Of a DNA stretch of 64,000 bases, positions 13,101 through 25,900 are shown piece after piece. Where the stretch lies: the NCBI GenBank assembly GCA_036172245.1, contig JAYWIR010000016.1, positions 3,596,001-3,660,000 on the forward strand. The letters are read 5' to 3'. Origin of the DNA: Raillietiella orientalis. Lineage: Eukaryota. Position numbers and translations under genes: made by a program. Each line of letters begins with the position of its first letter. Positions within the stretch are counted from its first letter, which is position 1. The notes beneath the pieces are model-generated. The model was not told where the DNA came from, searched no databases, and saw only the letters and a list, made by a program, of their open reading frames with translations.

Positions 13101-15628
13101 GGCGGCGCCATTGCAGGCAGCCCCAAGCGGCGGCGCGAGAGGAAGGTCGCGCCGCGCCCGCGGCGGCCCCGCTGCGCAGCCTCGCGCTCGCCGGGAGCGT
13201 CCGGCTTTCCCGGAGCGCGTGGGCGCCCCCCCTCGGCGCGCCGCCTTGGCCTCCGTCCAAGTCCGGCGCGTTCGTTCCGTGGCCGATCGCCATCTTGGCC
13301 TCCCCCCGCTTCCCGGCCGCCACCGGCGCTCCTGCCTTGGCAGTAGCCGTCTTCGTCGTCGTCGATCCCCCTCCCCCTAGCCCCTACCCCCCCTCACTCA
13401 CGCCCCACACCACACCTTCTTTGTCGTCGTCGCCGCCGGCTTCCCTTCGCGCACTCTCCGACCCTCCACCACAACTGCAGCCCGTTGGGGTCTTCCCGGC
13501 GTCGGCAAAATGATGTGCCTCCTCTACTCCGAGGGCCGTGCGAGGGAGGCAATGAAGACGGGGAGGGGGGAGACGACGCATCCTCCGCCTCCATGGAGCT
13601 CCGTGGGCATTCCTGTATTCCTGGGGACGCATTCAGGAGGGTAAGGGAGAGACGGGGAGATGGAAAGGGGAAGGGGGGGAGGAGAGGAACCGAGGTCGGC
13701 AGCAGTAGCCGGAAAGACCCATAGGGAGTACTCCCCCCCCCCCCCGGTCATGCTTCTCGCGATTCGAGCATCGACGGATCGAGAGGACCCTACTCGTCTC
13801 CCCGGCAACCCGTGGGACGAGCGGGAAGCAGCACTCCCCTTTCCCCTTGTGCGGACACCCACCGCGCTTGCACCCAGCAGCCTCTCCTCCCAATCTGACC
13901 TCCGGAAGGGGGGCGCTTACGTTATCAGAATCCTCCCCACCCCACGTCGGGGAGGCCATGGGGAGGGGGCAGGCTGGATGACCAGGAAAGGCGAGGGAGC
14001 TGACCCCAAGACGCAAGACTGAAGGACAACCCCCCTCCTCCCCCCACCGGATGAAAGGAAGGAGGAAGAGGGGGGGCAGGGAATCTCTCGAGAGGAGGGC
14101 TTGGGCCTCGGAGGGGAAGAGTCGAATGCCCCAGGACTAGAAGGGCTGGTTGGTGGACGGGCAGGCGTCTGGCCGTTCCCCCTCCCCCGCTCTCCCTCTT
14201 TCCTTGGTCCTCCGGAGGACCCTTGGGAGGGAGCGCCGTACGCCCTCGTCCGGGGGAGAGTGACGCGAGAGGGTGCAGATCCTCCTGCAGCCTCCCCGGT
14301 TCCGCCCGCGTCTCTCCCGGACGAGAGACGCGCGGCGGCGGCGCCGCAGGTGCCCCCGCGCGGAACCGAGACGGATCGCTGCCGTGACGTCACGAGTTCT
14401 CCACGCCGCCACGCGCTTCGAGCAACCGCCTCAGCTTCGATGCCGCCGGCGACCCATCGGCAACGACCTGCCACGCTCGGCTGACCACCCGGGCAAGAGT
14501 TGTCCTTCGCTCCTTCTTCTCTCCTCATCTCTTCCCCCCCTCCCCTCCTTCCGAGGCTCGGCTCGCTACGCACGGAAGTCGAGTGACCTCTCCGTTGCTC
14601 CTCCTCCCTCCCTCCCTCACTCTCGGGAACGGTGCCGCGCCCCAGCAGGAGGGCGCGAGCGTGTCCTGGGAGAAGAGTGGGATGCGGGAGGAGGGGAAAG
14701 CCCGCACTCTTCGAGGAGGCTGCCCTCCACCCCCCCGCCCGCCCTTTCCTAGCTACCCGAGAGGCAGCCCAGCCCCGGCAGCGCCGGCTCGCCACCGTAC
14801 GCACCGGTTCGGGGTTCTGGGAAGCGCGTCCTGGAGACGAGTGGTCGCCGGGACGGCCTCCTGAGTGGAGGCAGGACCGGAAGAGGCGGGAACGCCCCAG
14901 GGAGCTCCCCTTTCTCCCAACCTCCATCCCATCGCGCCCGACGTCGTAGGCGCACCGCCCCCCTTTCCTCGCGCGAGGAGGCCGGGGGGGGAAAGGGAAG
15001 GAGGGGAGTGCAGAGTCTTCCCTTCTGTTCCCGGTCTGACGAGGTGCTCCCTCGAAGGCAGCGCGGGAGGAGCGAGCGGTCAGGGAGGAAGGGAGCTTTT
15101 CTCTCTCTCATGAAGAAGGGAGAGGGGGTGGAGGGAGGATCTGTCTCAGGTCTGGCGATGTGTGCGCTTCGGGGATCCAGAAGGGCGGGGAAGAGACGTG
15201 CTGGGCTCCCTCCGGGGAGGGAATGAGACACTGGCGGGCGGAGGGGTGCGCGCAGCGAGAGCAGGGAGGGGGGGGGGGGAGGGGGTCGTCAGCCGCGTTC
15301 GCGTGGACTCGCAGGGAAAGGCAGCAAAGCTCGGGGCTGCCGTTGCCCCGGCGACGGGGATCGGTCTAGCCATCTCCGGGGACTTCAGTGCAGCGGCGGC
15401 CGCCGCCGCTTCCGTCCCTCCCTCCTCCTCCTCCTCCTCCTATTCCTCTCCCCCCTTCCTCTTCATCCGCTTTTTTCCGGCGGCGTACGGGAGATGTTCC
15501 AGGAGAGCGCGCGCGGTGCCGGCCGGGTTCCGAGCTAGCGGAAGGGGGGACGAGGAGGGGTGGGGAGGGTCTTCCGGGGTGGGGGGAGGGGGAGGTGGCC
15601 AGAGAGCGAGCGACTCTTCCGGGGCGGG

Positions 15629-15638
15629 GAGAGAGAGA

Positions 15639-15672
<34 letters not shown>

Positions 15673-16049
15673 AAGAGAGAGAGAGGGCGCGGCTGCACGC
15701 GAGGCGCACAGGTTGACCCGGTGACGCCGCCGCAGCCGCCGCCGCCGCCGAGTTGTACCAACCTCTGCCTGTCACGAGCGCGCGCGCGCGCGCGCGCGCC
15801 CGCGGGCTATTTTTTCGGAGCTCCGCGAGCGGGGTTGCGCGTGTGTCCGGCCTTCCTCCTCTACGCCGCCACTCTCCTTCTCCTCCCCCTCCTCTCACCG
15901 CTTTCCTTTCTTCTCCGCGGATATTCTCTCTCTCTCTCTCTCCCTCCTCCTCGTCCCCCCCCCCTCAGCTAGCTCCCCCCCGGCCTGCCTGCCTGTGTCT
16001 CTCTCTCTCCCTCCTCCCCCTCCTCTCCCCCGCGTTTCTCCCCGGCCGC

Positions 16050-16080
<31 letters not shown>

Positions 16081-16084
16081 GCCG
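15629..16084 (+). promoter_or_regulatory. Simple-repeat-rich CpG-dense region upstream of megalin exon 1 (putative promoter): (GA)n 15629-15685, (CCG)n ~15725-15750, (GC)11 15778-15799, (CT)n ~15925-15942, (CCG)n 16045-16084
   Basis: The repeats are seen directly. A promoter role is inferred only from their position 0.35-0.8 kb upstream of the signal-peptide ATG. Confidence 0.5.
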
Positions 16085-16157
16085 TCTTCTACGTCGCCGG
16101 TCCAACGCCAGGGACCGCTGCTTGCGCCGTTATCTCCTCACGCGCGGGTCGCCCGCA

Positions 16158-16163
16158 TCAGTT
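16158..16163 (+). promoter_or_regulatory. Candidate Initiator (TCAGTT) for megalin
   Basis: Matches the arthropod Inr consensus TCAKTY about 270 nt upstream of the ATG. No correctly spaced DPE is seen, and the motif is short. Confidence 0.25.
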
Positions 16164-16430
16164 GCCTCGCGCGCGGGCCGCGGTCGTCACGGAGCGCATT
16201 TCTCCGCCGCGCGCGCGCCCCCAGTGAGGTTCCGGGAGAGCGAGGGGGAGCGAGAGACAGAGGGAGGTAGCCGGAACAGGAAAAGGAGGAGGAGGAGGGG
16301 TCCTCCGGAAGAGGAGCCGCAGCCTCTGCAGGAGGAGGAGGAGGAGGAGGAGGAGGAGCTGCCGGCACACACAGCGCGACCGAGGAGGAAGGAAGCCGCC
16401 GCACGCGGGTGCTGGGCACGCGCACGAGGA

Positions 16431-16539
16431 ATGCGCAAGGAGGACGTTCCCTTCGGGCTGCTCGCCCTGCTGCTGTGCGCCTCCCTGTGCGCCTTCTGGA
16501 AGGCGGCCGAGGGCAGGAAGCCGGACAAGGCGCTCCTGG
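16431..16539 (+). CDS. LRP2: Megalin exon 1 (signal peptide [36 protein letters not shown])
   Basis: ATG followed by a hydrophobic core and a small-residue cleavage region, then a perfect G|GTAAGT donor at 16540. Its phase 1 matches exon 2 at 23942 (G+AT = Asp). Linkage across the 7.4-kb intron is inferred. Confidence 0.8.
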
Positions 16540-18107
16540 GTAAGTGCGTCCGATGGTCTCTCTCCTCCCCCCCCCCCCCTCTTCACCCCGTCCCCGGTTC
16601 CCATTCCCCCGCCGTCGCTTCTTCCCGCTACCCCGCGCGAGCGGGAGAAGCGACGACGGCTTCGTGCAATGATCGACTCCTCCCCATTCCCCGCTCCCCC
16701 ATTCCGCGAGGGGTCTATCGGCCTCCGCGCCGGGGAGGAGGAGGAGGGAGGCAGGGAGTGTACCTTCATGCGCTGCTGCTGCTTTTCGTTTTCTGGGGCG
16801 CCGCTTTTATTTTTATTTTTTTTGCCTTGCCCGCCCGGAAGGCCGATGACCGCTCGGCGGTCGGCTCGCCCCGGTGCGGCAGCGGTGCGTCCGGGGAGGA
16901 GAGGAAGGAAGAGGGCGTTTGAGCAGCTGCCTCACAGTCTGGGAGCAGCGAAGGGGGTCTCCCCCCTCCAGCCTTCCGTGATCACTTCTCCACTTCGAGG
17001 ACCTGAGAGCTCTGGACGCAGAGAACGGGGCGGAGAAAGAGGAGGGAGAGGGGTCACGCGCGCAAGCGCGCCTGGTGGTGGGAAAGTGGGTAGGGGGGGG
17101 GGGGGAACGCGACTCCCGCTGGGATAGGGCCAACGAGCGGAGAGGGGTCCCAGGGGCTCTCCCGTTCCCCGCCCCCAGCCTCAGTCCGTTTGCTCGCAGC
17201 AGGAGTAACCGTCGAGGGCGACGGGTACTGCTGCCCCCCACCCCCACCCCCTCGACGTGGCTCCCCGGACGCGACGTAGGCGCGATGGATCGAGGGGAGC
17301 AGAAGAGGGAGAAGAGTAAGGGGGTGAGAGGTTCGACGGGGAACCTGGGGACCTCTTCCTCTCTCTCGCACGCGGGGTCGGTCATCGTCTGAGCTCCCAC
17401 GGGGTATCCGGATGCAGTGGGCGAGGAAAGCAACGGGTTCCCTGCCGCTTCCCCTTAGCCCCGGAAAGTCGGAGGGCGGGTAGGGAGGAAGGAGAGCGCT
17501 GCCTGCGCGCCCACGAGCGGCTGCCGCTCCCCCTCCTTCCCCCGCGGGGCATTCGGCAGCGAGGGAGTCCCTCTCCCCCCTACCGGTCCCCCATCGTAGC
17601 GTGGGGGCGAGGGGGAGGGGACCCGGCGCCCGAGAAAAAGGCCCAGAAGTAGATTCCCCTACCATCCTCTCCCCTTTTTCCCCCCACCTGCGAAATGCTT
17701 CGCCGCCGGCGCCCCGTGAGCGCGCGCACCCCTTGGCAAAGGCGCGCCCTTAGGGTGGAGGGTCTGCGGTCACTTCCCCTTTTCGCAGCGCGGGGGGTGG
17801 AGGGGTGGGGTCATTTCTCCGGCGACTCCCTGCGCGGGTTGCCCCGCGACAACTCCGCGCCGTCCCGGTCGGGGCTGGAGCTCGAAGCGGTGTGCACGAG
17901 CGCAGGAGTGAGGGGAGGAGGGGGTGAGGGAGCGAAGGTTAGCAATCCGCGTACCTTGGCAGGGCGGTCCTGGCAGGGCCGCGTCCCCTGCCCCCGCGCC
18001 AAGAGCTCCCCGAGGGGACGCGCGCGTTCCCGGAGAGGGAGAAAACGTAACAACAACGCGCGCGCGCGCCTCGCTGCGCTTCCCCGACGCGTCGTCAAGG
18101 ACGCCGC

Positions 18108-18138
<31 letters not shown>

Positions 18139-21100
18139 CCTTTTTGATTCTCTCCCCTGCGAGCTCTGGGGCGCCCGTGGGGCAGGCGGCCTTCGGGAAG
18201 CGAAGGCTGCGGGCGCGGAGGACGGGCAACCTTTTGCGGGGGCATCAAAAGTCGTCTCCGGAACCCGCCCCTTCCCCCTCCTCCTCCCCTCGTTTCCCCC
18301 GAAGGAATCCTCGTGGGGTCGGGGCAGCAGGCAGGTCGGTGGAGCCTCCCCGGGAGATGCGGAGCATCCAAAAAAGGGGAGCTAAAAAAACGAAACGGAG
18401 AAGGTGTGTGTGGGATGAGGATGGGAGAGACCATCCGCTTGGAGCGAGGGCGCTACCAGAAATCCCCGCGACGGAGGACGGGGAAGGGGAGAGGGGAAGG
18501 ACTCTCTGCAGGAAACGCCTCCCGGTCTGCCGGTGCTGCCCCCTTCCATGGTGACGTTCCTGCTTCCGTTTACCTGCAAAGGCGTTTCCGTCGATATGGG
18601 ATCTCCTCGGGGGTATCCAGGGTACCGTCGTCCCCATGCACCGGAGGAGGCTGCTCGTGGGGGTCTCATTGAGACCTCGGAATGCCTGCCCGTCGGGGTG
18701 GCCTCTGCCCCCTCCCTATCTCGTCGGGGAACGACCGCCCGCAGGCCCCCGATGACTCGTCTCTCCGAGGAAAACTGATGGCCACCTCGGTCCACCCACC
18801 CGGGCCGCCTGCTCAGGTCCTGTAGGCTCCGGACTCCGAGATGCCCTCGATGACCTGACCAACTACCTGCCCTCAACCCCCTCCCCCTTCGACCGTCGAT
18901 CCAGGCCTGCCGCCGTCTGCATGTGTCGCCTCACCTGCGACGCGTCTCCTCACGTCTCCCCGCGTCCTCTCTTCTGCTGGAAGTTTCGTGGGTCAGGGGA
19001 GACCTCTCCCGGACCCAAGCGAAGAAACGTTCCCGTGCTCCTGGGGTTTTCCCCTTCTTCCCACACTCCGCCCCTCGCGGCATACAAAACCCTCTGCTCC
19101 GCTCCCAAGCAGAGCGAGCAGGTGAAGAAGACTCGAGCACGATCGCCATCCCAAATCGGCCCCGACGCCGTTCCTTCCCGGGGGGAACTCACCCTGGCGA
19201 AGGTGAGGGAACACTCTCTTGGCGATCATCTCAGCTGGTCGCCTTGCCGACCCGTCCCGATTCTTCTTCTCCTGCCGACCCACGGCCGTGTGGAATTCCC
19301 TTCATCCTTCAAGCGGTGGAGAAATTCGGGCTCCAGATGAATCTTTGCGCACTTTTCTCGCATTGCCTTCCCAGTTGTGCGGAGCAGGGAGACGAGGTAC
19401 CCCGCCCCGCCCCGTCGTCTCGAAGCGCGGCTCTTGCGAGGAGGCCCCGGGCTATCTCTTTGCTTCCACGTCCTCCTCCTCTCACCATCAAAACGAGTAG
19501 TTCTCTTCGGGAATGTCCCAATTCCTTCGTTTGCTCCTGGGACTCCGGCTGTTATTTTCTTCTTCATCTTTCTCTTCCCGTTTTTTTTTTTTTTTTCCTA
19601 AATCTCCTCGTCTGCTGTTTTCCGCCTCCTTCCACAGGTGTGACCGTCGAAGCCTCCTCTGCTTTTGTCCATCTCCAGCGCATCCCCCCCCCCCTCCCTC
19701 CCCGTCGATCCCACCCCACGTCCGAGACGACCCTCGAGTGCAGGGCCCTCCTTCCTGTTCCTGCCGACGGGGATGGTGGTTGCCGTTCCTCCGCTCGCCC
19801 TCCTCCGTCCAGCGCCTCTTTCTTCCTGCGGTGTGCCACGCGCCGTTTTTGGCCTCCGCTCCACGGTCATCATAGCGGCCATCGCCGCAACCGTGCCAAC
19901 CCCTTACCGCCTCCCCCCTTTACCCATCCGCTGTAAAACTGCTCGTGGGCCTGTAAACCGCAAATGCGTTGCAATTGGGATCGCCATTAGCGCTGTTCCG
20001 CCATGGATGGGCTTCCTAAGTGACTTCGAGAATAGGTAATGAAGATTGCCCGCCCATTTCGTACCCAGTTCCGTCGGAAACGCTGCTGTGAGAAGATTAA
20101 AGCTTGCCCCATTTCTCACATTTCCATGTCGAGAGACGGCGGTGTCACGCCCCGTTCTCCAAGGCGCTGGAAGCTGAAGGGAGATTCCCCCCCCCCCCTC
20201 CCCCCAGTCGATGTCAGAGCCCTCCGACGTCCCCGTTCTCGGATAGCCGGCAAAAGGGCTCTCGTTTGAACCGCTTTTTCGCTGACCGGACTGCCATTCC
20301 GGATCCTCAGGAGGAGGAGGAAGAGTAGGGGAAGGGAGCGGAGGGTTCGGTTCTTGCTTGGCGCCTCCCACTCCGTGGGTTCGGCGGTTGGGCCCACCGC
20401 CACGATTTCACTTTGAGCGTGCGGATGAGCGCCCTTGTTTTTATTTTGGGCCAGCCTCGCTTGATTTGTGGCTGCCGCGCTCCTGCAGCGAGTTGGTCTT
20501 CGGACGTGGTCGAGGTCTGCAGCCTCCACGCTTCGGGGAGCGCCTCGGTGAACATCGGATTTCAGCGTCTCCAGGTTTAGAGGGGGGAAGGGGGGAGGGG
20601 GAAGAGAGGCAGCGAAAACGTTCCCGTCGTAATCGCCGGAGTAAATCCACTCCAATCGAATCAGCGTAAAAGCCGTGGAGAGTGCAGCACTCTGGATCTT
20701 TCTCGAGGAAACAGCTCGTTAATTTTTCGGAACCTTCTTGCATAATTGCCCCGGGCGCTGTTGAAACCGGAAGGTGTTTTTCGAAGCAACCCGAGCTCTC
20801 CCTGCCCAGCTATTGGGTTGCGTCCCCCTGCTCAGGAATGCTGCAGTTAACGAAACAGTCGTAAACGAGATTCGCCCTGTTCGTCGGCCCTCGCAGATGG
20901 ATCCGTGGATCGCAACCTCCTGCTTCCTGCCGAGCACCAGCAGCAGCAGCAGCAGCGGGCAACGCAAGTGGCAGCGCCGAACTTCCGGAAAGTCCCGTCG
21001 AGCGGCACGCTTGAGGGGCCATCCCGCTTCGCTTCCGACCCGATCGGGAACGTTTCGAGGATCTCGTGCTCGTCCCGTCCTCCCTGTGATCCGCCTTGGC

Positions 21101-22925
21101 GCCCACCCGTATGTACTTTGACGCGCATTTGTGGCTTCACCTTGCGAGAGCAGCATTACATAAGGCACGTCCATGCAAATGCTGCTGCATGGAGGATCCC
21201 GTCGCCGGAGCTTCGTGTCCCCCATGAGCAGCCTGTCTTTTCGGTCCTGGGGTTTTCCCGGACGACCCCCACTTTTGCTTGCACGCAGAAGCCGGGGATT
21301 GTTCTCTTCCTTTGCCGAGGAACCCGGGCCGTGCTTCGACGGCGCCTTCCCTCTCCCCGATCGGAGAGAACACCGCGGCACGAGAGCCATAAGCAGACGA
21401 CACTCGGCGCCAACGCGTCAGCGAAAGCCCCCTGCCCGAGCGGGCCGCCGGCCGTAGTTTCTTTCTCCTCCGCTCCGCACCGGGGGCGGTGGAGTGACCG
21501 ACCCTGTTTCGCACGAAGCTTCCGCCACCTTCGATTCGGGTCGGCCTCGCATTAATCGTGCCTTATTTTCCGAGGTTCTTCCCGTAACAAGGGTCCCACG
21601 TCGAAACGGGGTCGAACATTTCCGCCCAGTGCGTGCCGCCCCAGCACGCAACAGGGCTGCTCTTCCGCCATTTCGAATCATCGGTGACCGGAAGATCGAC
21701 CTTACCCCCTTTGTACGTTATTCGTGTCGAATACCCTCCGCAGGATGACCTGTTCGCGTGGTCCTTCCCCAGTTCGTTTCGTTTGGTTTTTTTCTTTCGG
21801 GGGCGGGGTGGGGGTGAGAAGCAGGAATGCGTTAACTGCCGTCGCCGCTGTTCTCTCGGAACTGCTGTCGCCGGTTCACGTACGCGGGGAGTGATGTCGG
21901 AGCGGTCGAGAAGTTACCACGGCAACTCACCAGAGAGGAGGAGCATCGTCGTCCCTTGTTGTCACCCGCCTGGTTCGTCACGGTCGAAAATCGAAAAGGG
22001 GCCTGTTCAGCGCGGGTAGTGTTTTCAGAGGTGCATGTGTGTGTGTGTACACACATGTGTGTTTTTCGTCCGGTGCCGTTTCCTCCCAGCGCATCGGTTT
22101 CCGTTTCCCTAAAGGAAAGGAAAGTTATAAACATCGTTCGCTCCCAGTAGCAACAGCAGCAGCACCGAGGGGTTTTTTTTTTTTTTTTTTGTTTTAGGTG
22201 TGACCGATAACGCGCCGTCAAGAGGGAGAAGCACCATTGTGTGGGCTATTTACGCCTCGCGCTGCTGCTGCTGCGTACACACGCGTCTCCAAGACGACGC
22301 GTTCCGCGCGCACACGGCCGTGCAAGCCGATCGCCCCGAACGGCTTCATTCGCGTGGTGTGTTGCGAGGCAACGTGAGATCTGCGGTTTTGCGTTGTTTT
22401 CACTTTTATCCAATTACATGACATCACGCCGGAAATCGTTCGCATCCCGAACATCCTTGGAACTTTGAGGGAATCGTACAGTCCGGAGTCGGTTCCCCCC
22501 CCCCCCCCCTTCCCCCGCCTCCCGTTCGGTTCGGCGTTGCTCTCGCGACCCCACTCCCCCCCGGATCAGCCGCTGCGCTTCCCCTCTGCCGGTTTTGCGC
22601 GTTTCTCCTCCTCCAGGAGAGGAGCCTGCTCTGCACCCTTTCCTTCCAAGAAGCCGTTTCGGGCATGTTCGGGTCGCGATCGCGGCGTGTGAAATGCGTG
22701 CCTCGCGCGCGCGTCACACCCGCAGGGAGCCGAACGCGCCCTGCCTGGGGAGCAGCAGCGTACGGAAACCGTGTCCACGTTTGTGGGGCTGCCCGCCGAA
22801 GGGAACTCCTTGCAGCCCTAACAGGTTGTCTGGTTTAGCACGTTATTTTGTAATACACAGACGCAGCTTTGTTCCGCAAAGCGTGGAGCACGGGATCTGG
22901 AAAATCGTACCATAAGCTCAAGAAG

Positions 22926-22956
<31 letters not shown>

Positions 22957-25900
22957 GAAAGGTTAAAAAAAAAAAAAAAGAAAAACAGGAAAATACGCTC
23001 GAGGTGAAACGGCTTTTTGCTTCTTTTGTGCTTTGCTGCTGAAGAGACTCATTATTTTCTCGGTTCCTGCTTGTTTGTTTCTCCTGAATCCGAATGCTCT
23101 CTCGCATTCTTTTGCATTCGGGACACGGGCGCGCTTCGCGGGTCGATTCCCTTCCGTCTTTCGCGCCAGGCGGATCACGAGGGTGGGTTCCCCTCTTTTT
23201 TTTTCCTTCTTCTTTTTTTTTTTTTCTTTTGCCCCCTCCGCGGAAAACTCGTTCGTGCGCCCGCGCGCGCTTTTCTCGAATTCCACTCGCAATCGTTGCT
23301 TCCTGCCTCCGAAATCTCGTGTGATGCAATTTCTTTCCGCGGATGAAGCCGTGCGGATCTGATCGCGGATCTCTCCCTCGCGGTTGGCGGCGGGCGAAAA
23401 TTTTCCCTTCGTCCGTTTTTCCTTTTTTCGAGAGAGAGATTAAAATGAAAAAAAAAAAAAAAAAAAAAAAAAGGCAAAAAGGAAAACGTTACTGGTGCCC
23501 CTGTTCCTTCGTGTTTGTCGTGGCCGTGCTTGCTCCGGACGCATCTGCTTTCCCAGAGGGAGGCTGGCGTTCCTTGCCCGTTTCCGCGAGGCGCACTTCA
23601 CTGCCCGAGGAGCGAAGTGCCGTCATCCCTTTCGCGTGCCGCGCGTCGCCTGGATACAGGTGCGCGCGGACGCTCCGGAGGTGCGCATGCGTGCGTTCCG
23701 GCTCGTTAGGCCTTTGCTGGCCGCATGTCCGCCCCTAGGCCAAAAACAACAACAAGAAAGGGGGGGGGGGAAAGAAGAAAAAAAACCCTCAGGGTGGTAC
23801 TCCTTTGCGCGGAAAGAATCGTGGGAATCCCAGTGCGTGCATTTTTCCTACTTATTGGAGAAAAGGAAAGAAAAAATAAAGAACGGATAAACGCCGCCAG
23901 CTAGAAAATCGCCAACGACCGTGTGTTTTCGTGTGTTCCAGATCCTCGACTATGTACTCCGGATTCCTTCCGGTGTCGGAACGGCAAGTGCATTCCTAAG
24001 AGATGGCTTTGCGACTACCACGCAGACTGTGATAATGGAGAGGACGAAGAGCAATCTTGTCGTGAGCTCCTTGATTTTTTTTTTTTTTTCTTCCCGGAGG
24101 TGAAAGGGGTGGCAGGGGTTTCGCTCTGGTCCAACTGGGATACTGCAATCTTGGCAAGGAGCCTGCGAACTGGCGCGCAGCGTCACCCCATCCGCTCTGC
24201 ACGTTTCTGCTTTGTTTCCTTCTCCTCCTTGTCTTTTGTTTATTTCCTCGTTCCCCCGAGCGAGATGCAGGTTCGTAGCAGTCGGGCTCGCCATCGCATC
24301 AGGAAGGCCTTTTTTCGCCCTTCCCGTCCATCTCCCCAATTCTGGCCCAATCGCTCTAGTCGCGGCCTTTTGCCGAAGCCTCTCCTTTCCCCTCAATCCC
24401 CCAGTTTCTCTGCAATCCTGTGAAACAAGCAAGAGGAAAACAAACAAAGGCCGGGCGGCTGCTTCCGAACTCGTCTCGGTGGTTCCCCGTATTGGTGGAC
24501 CAACTTCGCGTGGTTCCACGATCTTGAAACTCTGGAGGAACTGACGAACGCGCCTCTCCCCCGAACGCGGCATGGCCGGGAGCTTCGCGGAACCCACCAT
24601 CCTTCGGAGGACTCAAAGAGAGTTGCTCGGGGCCTCCGTTCGGCCCCACCACCACCACCCGGCGCCTGGACGAAGTGGTGCCCTGTCTGTTCATGTTCGT
24701 CTGTCCTTTCTGACTCCTACGAGGACTCGAGGATCGTCCGAAATGCCGGAAAGAGGGCGTGAGCTGAGCTACGCTTGTCTCTTTCTCCTTTGGGATTGAA
24801 GGCGCCAGCGAGGTAACTCGTTTGGTGGCTCTCCTTTATGTGTGTGTATGTGACTCTCGGGTCTTCGGATTTTTCTTCGGATTCTTTTTTCTCTCTCCCG
24901 GAAAAACCCGCCTTTTGTTTTTTGTTTTAGTAAAAAATGAAAACTCCCCAAATGGTCTGAGGCTGGACCTTGGATGATGTGTATCTTGACCTCCAGGTTT
25001 CCCGGCAGTTTTTCTGTCGATTTTTTTTTCTTTTCTTTTTTTTTTTTTTTTTTTTTGCAAACGTGGTCCCGGTATTACCGAGAACACATCATTCAAGGTT
25101 GTGGTTGCTGCCGTTCTCACCACGAGTAGCCATCGCCTGCAATAACTGTTCCTTCTTCATCTTTTCATTCAAGCCCCAGAAGCTAAGCACGTTCGTTTAG
25201 TGCGCACGTATCCTCGGGGGTGCTGCAATCTAAAACGCATTTGCCGCCTTCGCCTCCACATAATTTTGAAGACAGTTTACGCACGCTGGCGCGAAGACAT
25301 CCCCGGGCTTATTCTTCTGTTTCCCTTTTTGATTTACATGCGTTTCTTTCTCTCCCTCTGTCTCTCTCTCTGCCAGAAGGCAAGATCCGGGGCTGAAGGA
25401 ATCTGAGGTGAGCTCCATACGAATTTCGGGTTCACCTTCCATGGAGAACGGCAGCTGTGCCTCCCGCTTAGTAAGCCGTGGTTGCAGCCACGCTTAGCGG
25501 CAGCCTTCTGAGGTGCCCAACAGGAGCTCGAACTGCTTGCAGGCCGGCTGTGAGCAGAACTCTGTGGGAAGGCGAAGAGCTTTCCCGAGCAGAAAGGTCA
25601 AAAGTAAATGCGTGAAGTCTCTAGCGCTTCCTCGAAAGCTGACCAGCAGCGGGATTGCTTGGAATGCTGCGTTGTTTTCTGATGTTCCAGAAGATCCACT
25701 TTCTCCTCTTAACTTTCCTCCCATTTCATCACTCGAAGGAAAGTCATTAAAGCTTTAACCGAGCGCAGAGCTTCCTTGATTTGCGACCTTCCGGGCAGTG
25801 GGTTCTTACTCGGCATCCTGATTTCCTCTCGCTCCATGCTCGATCCAACTCAAGAAACCAATGGGAGGCGGCATCTCTTTTTTTTTCCTCCCGTACTCAG

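Noticed and set aside
3029..15972. Numerous long overlapping ORFs (e.g. 3029-4390, 8546-9373, 10152-11261, 13917-14927)
   Set aside because: Arg/Pro/Gly/Ser low-complexity translations occur in several frames and both strands at once, which is expected from stop-poor GC-rich DNA. No domains or coding-like codon pattern.
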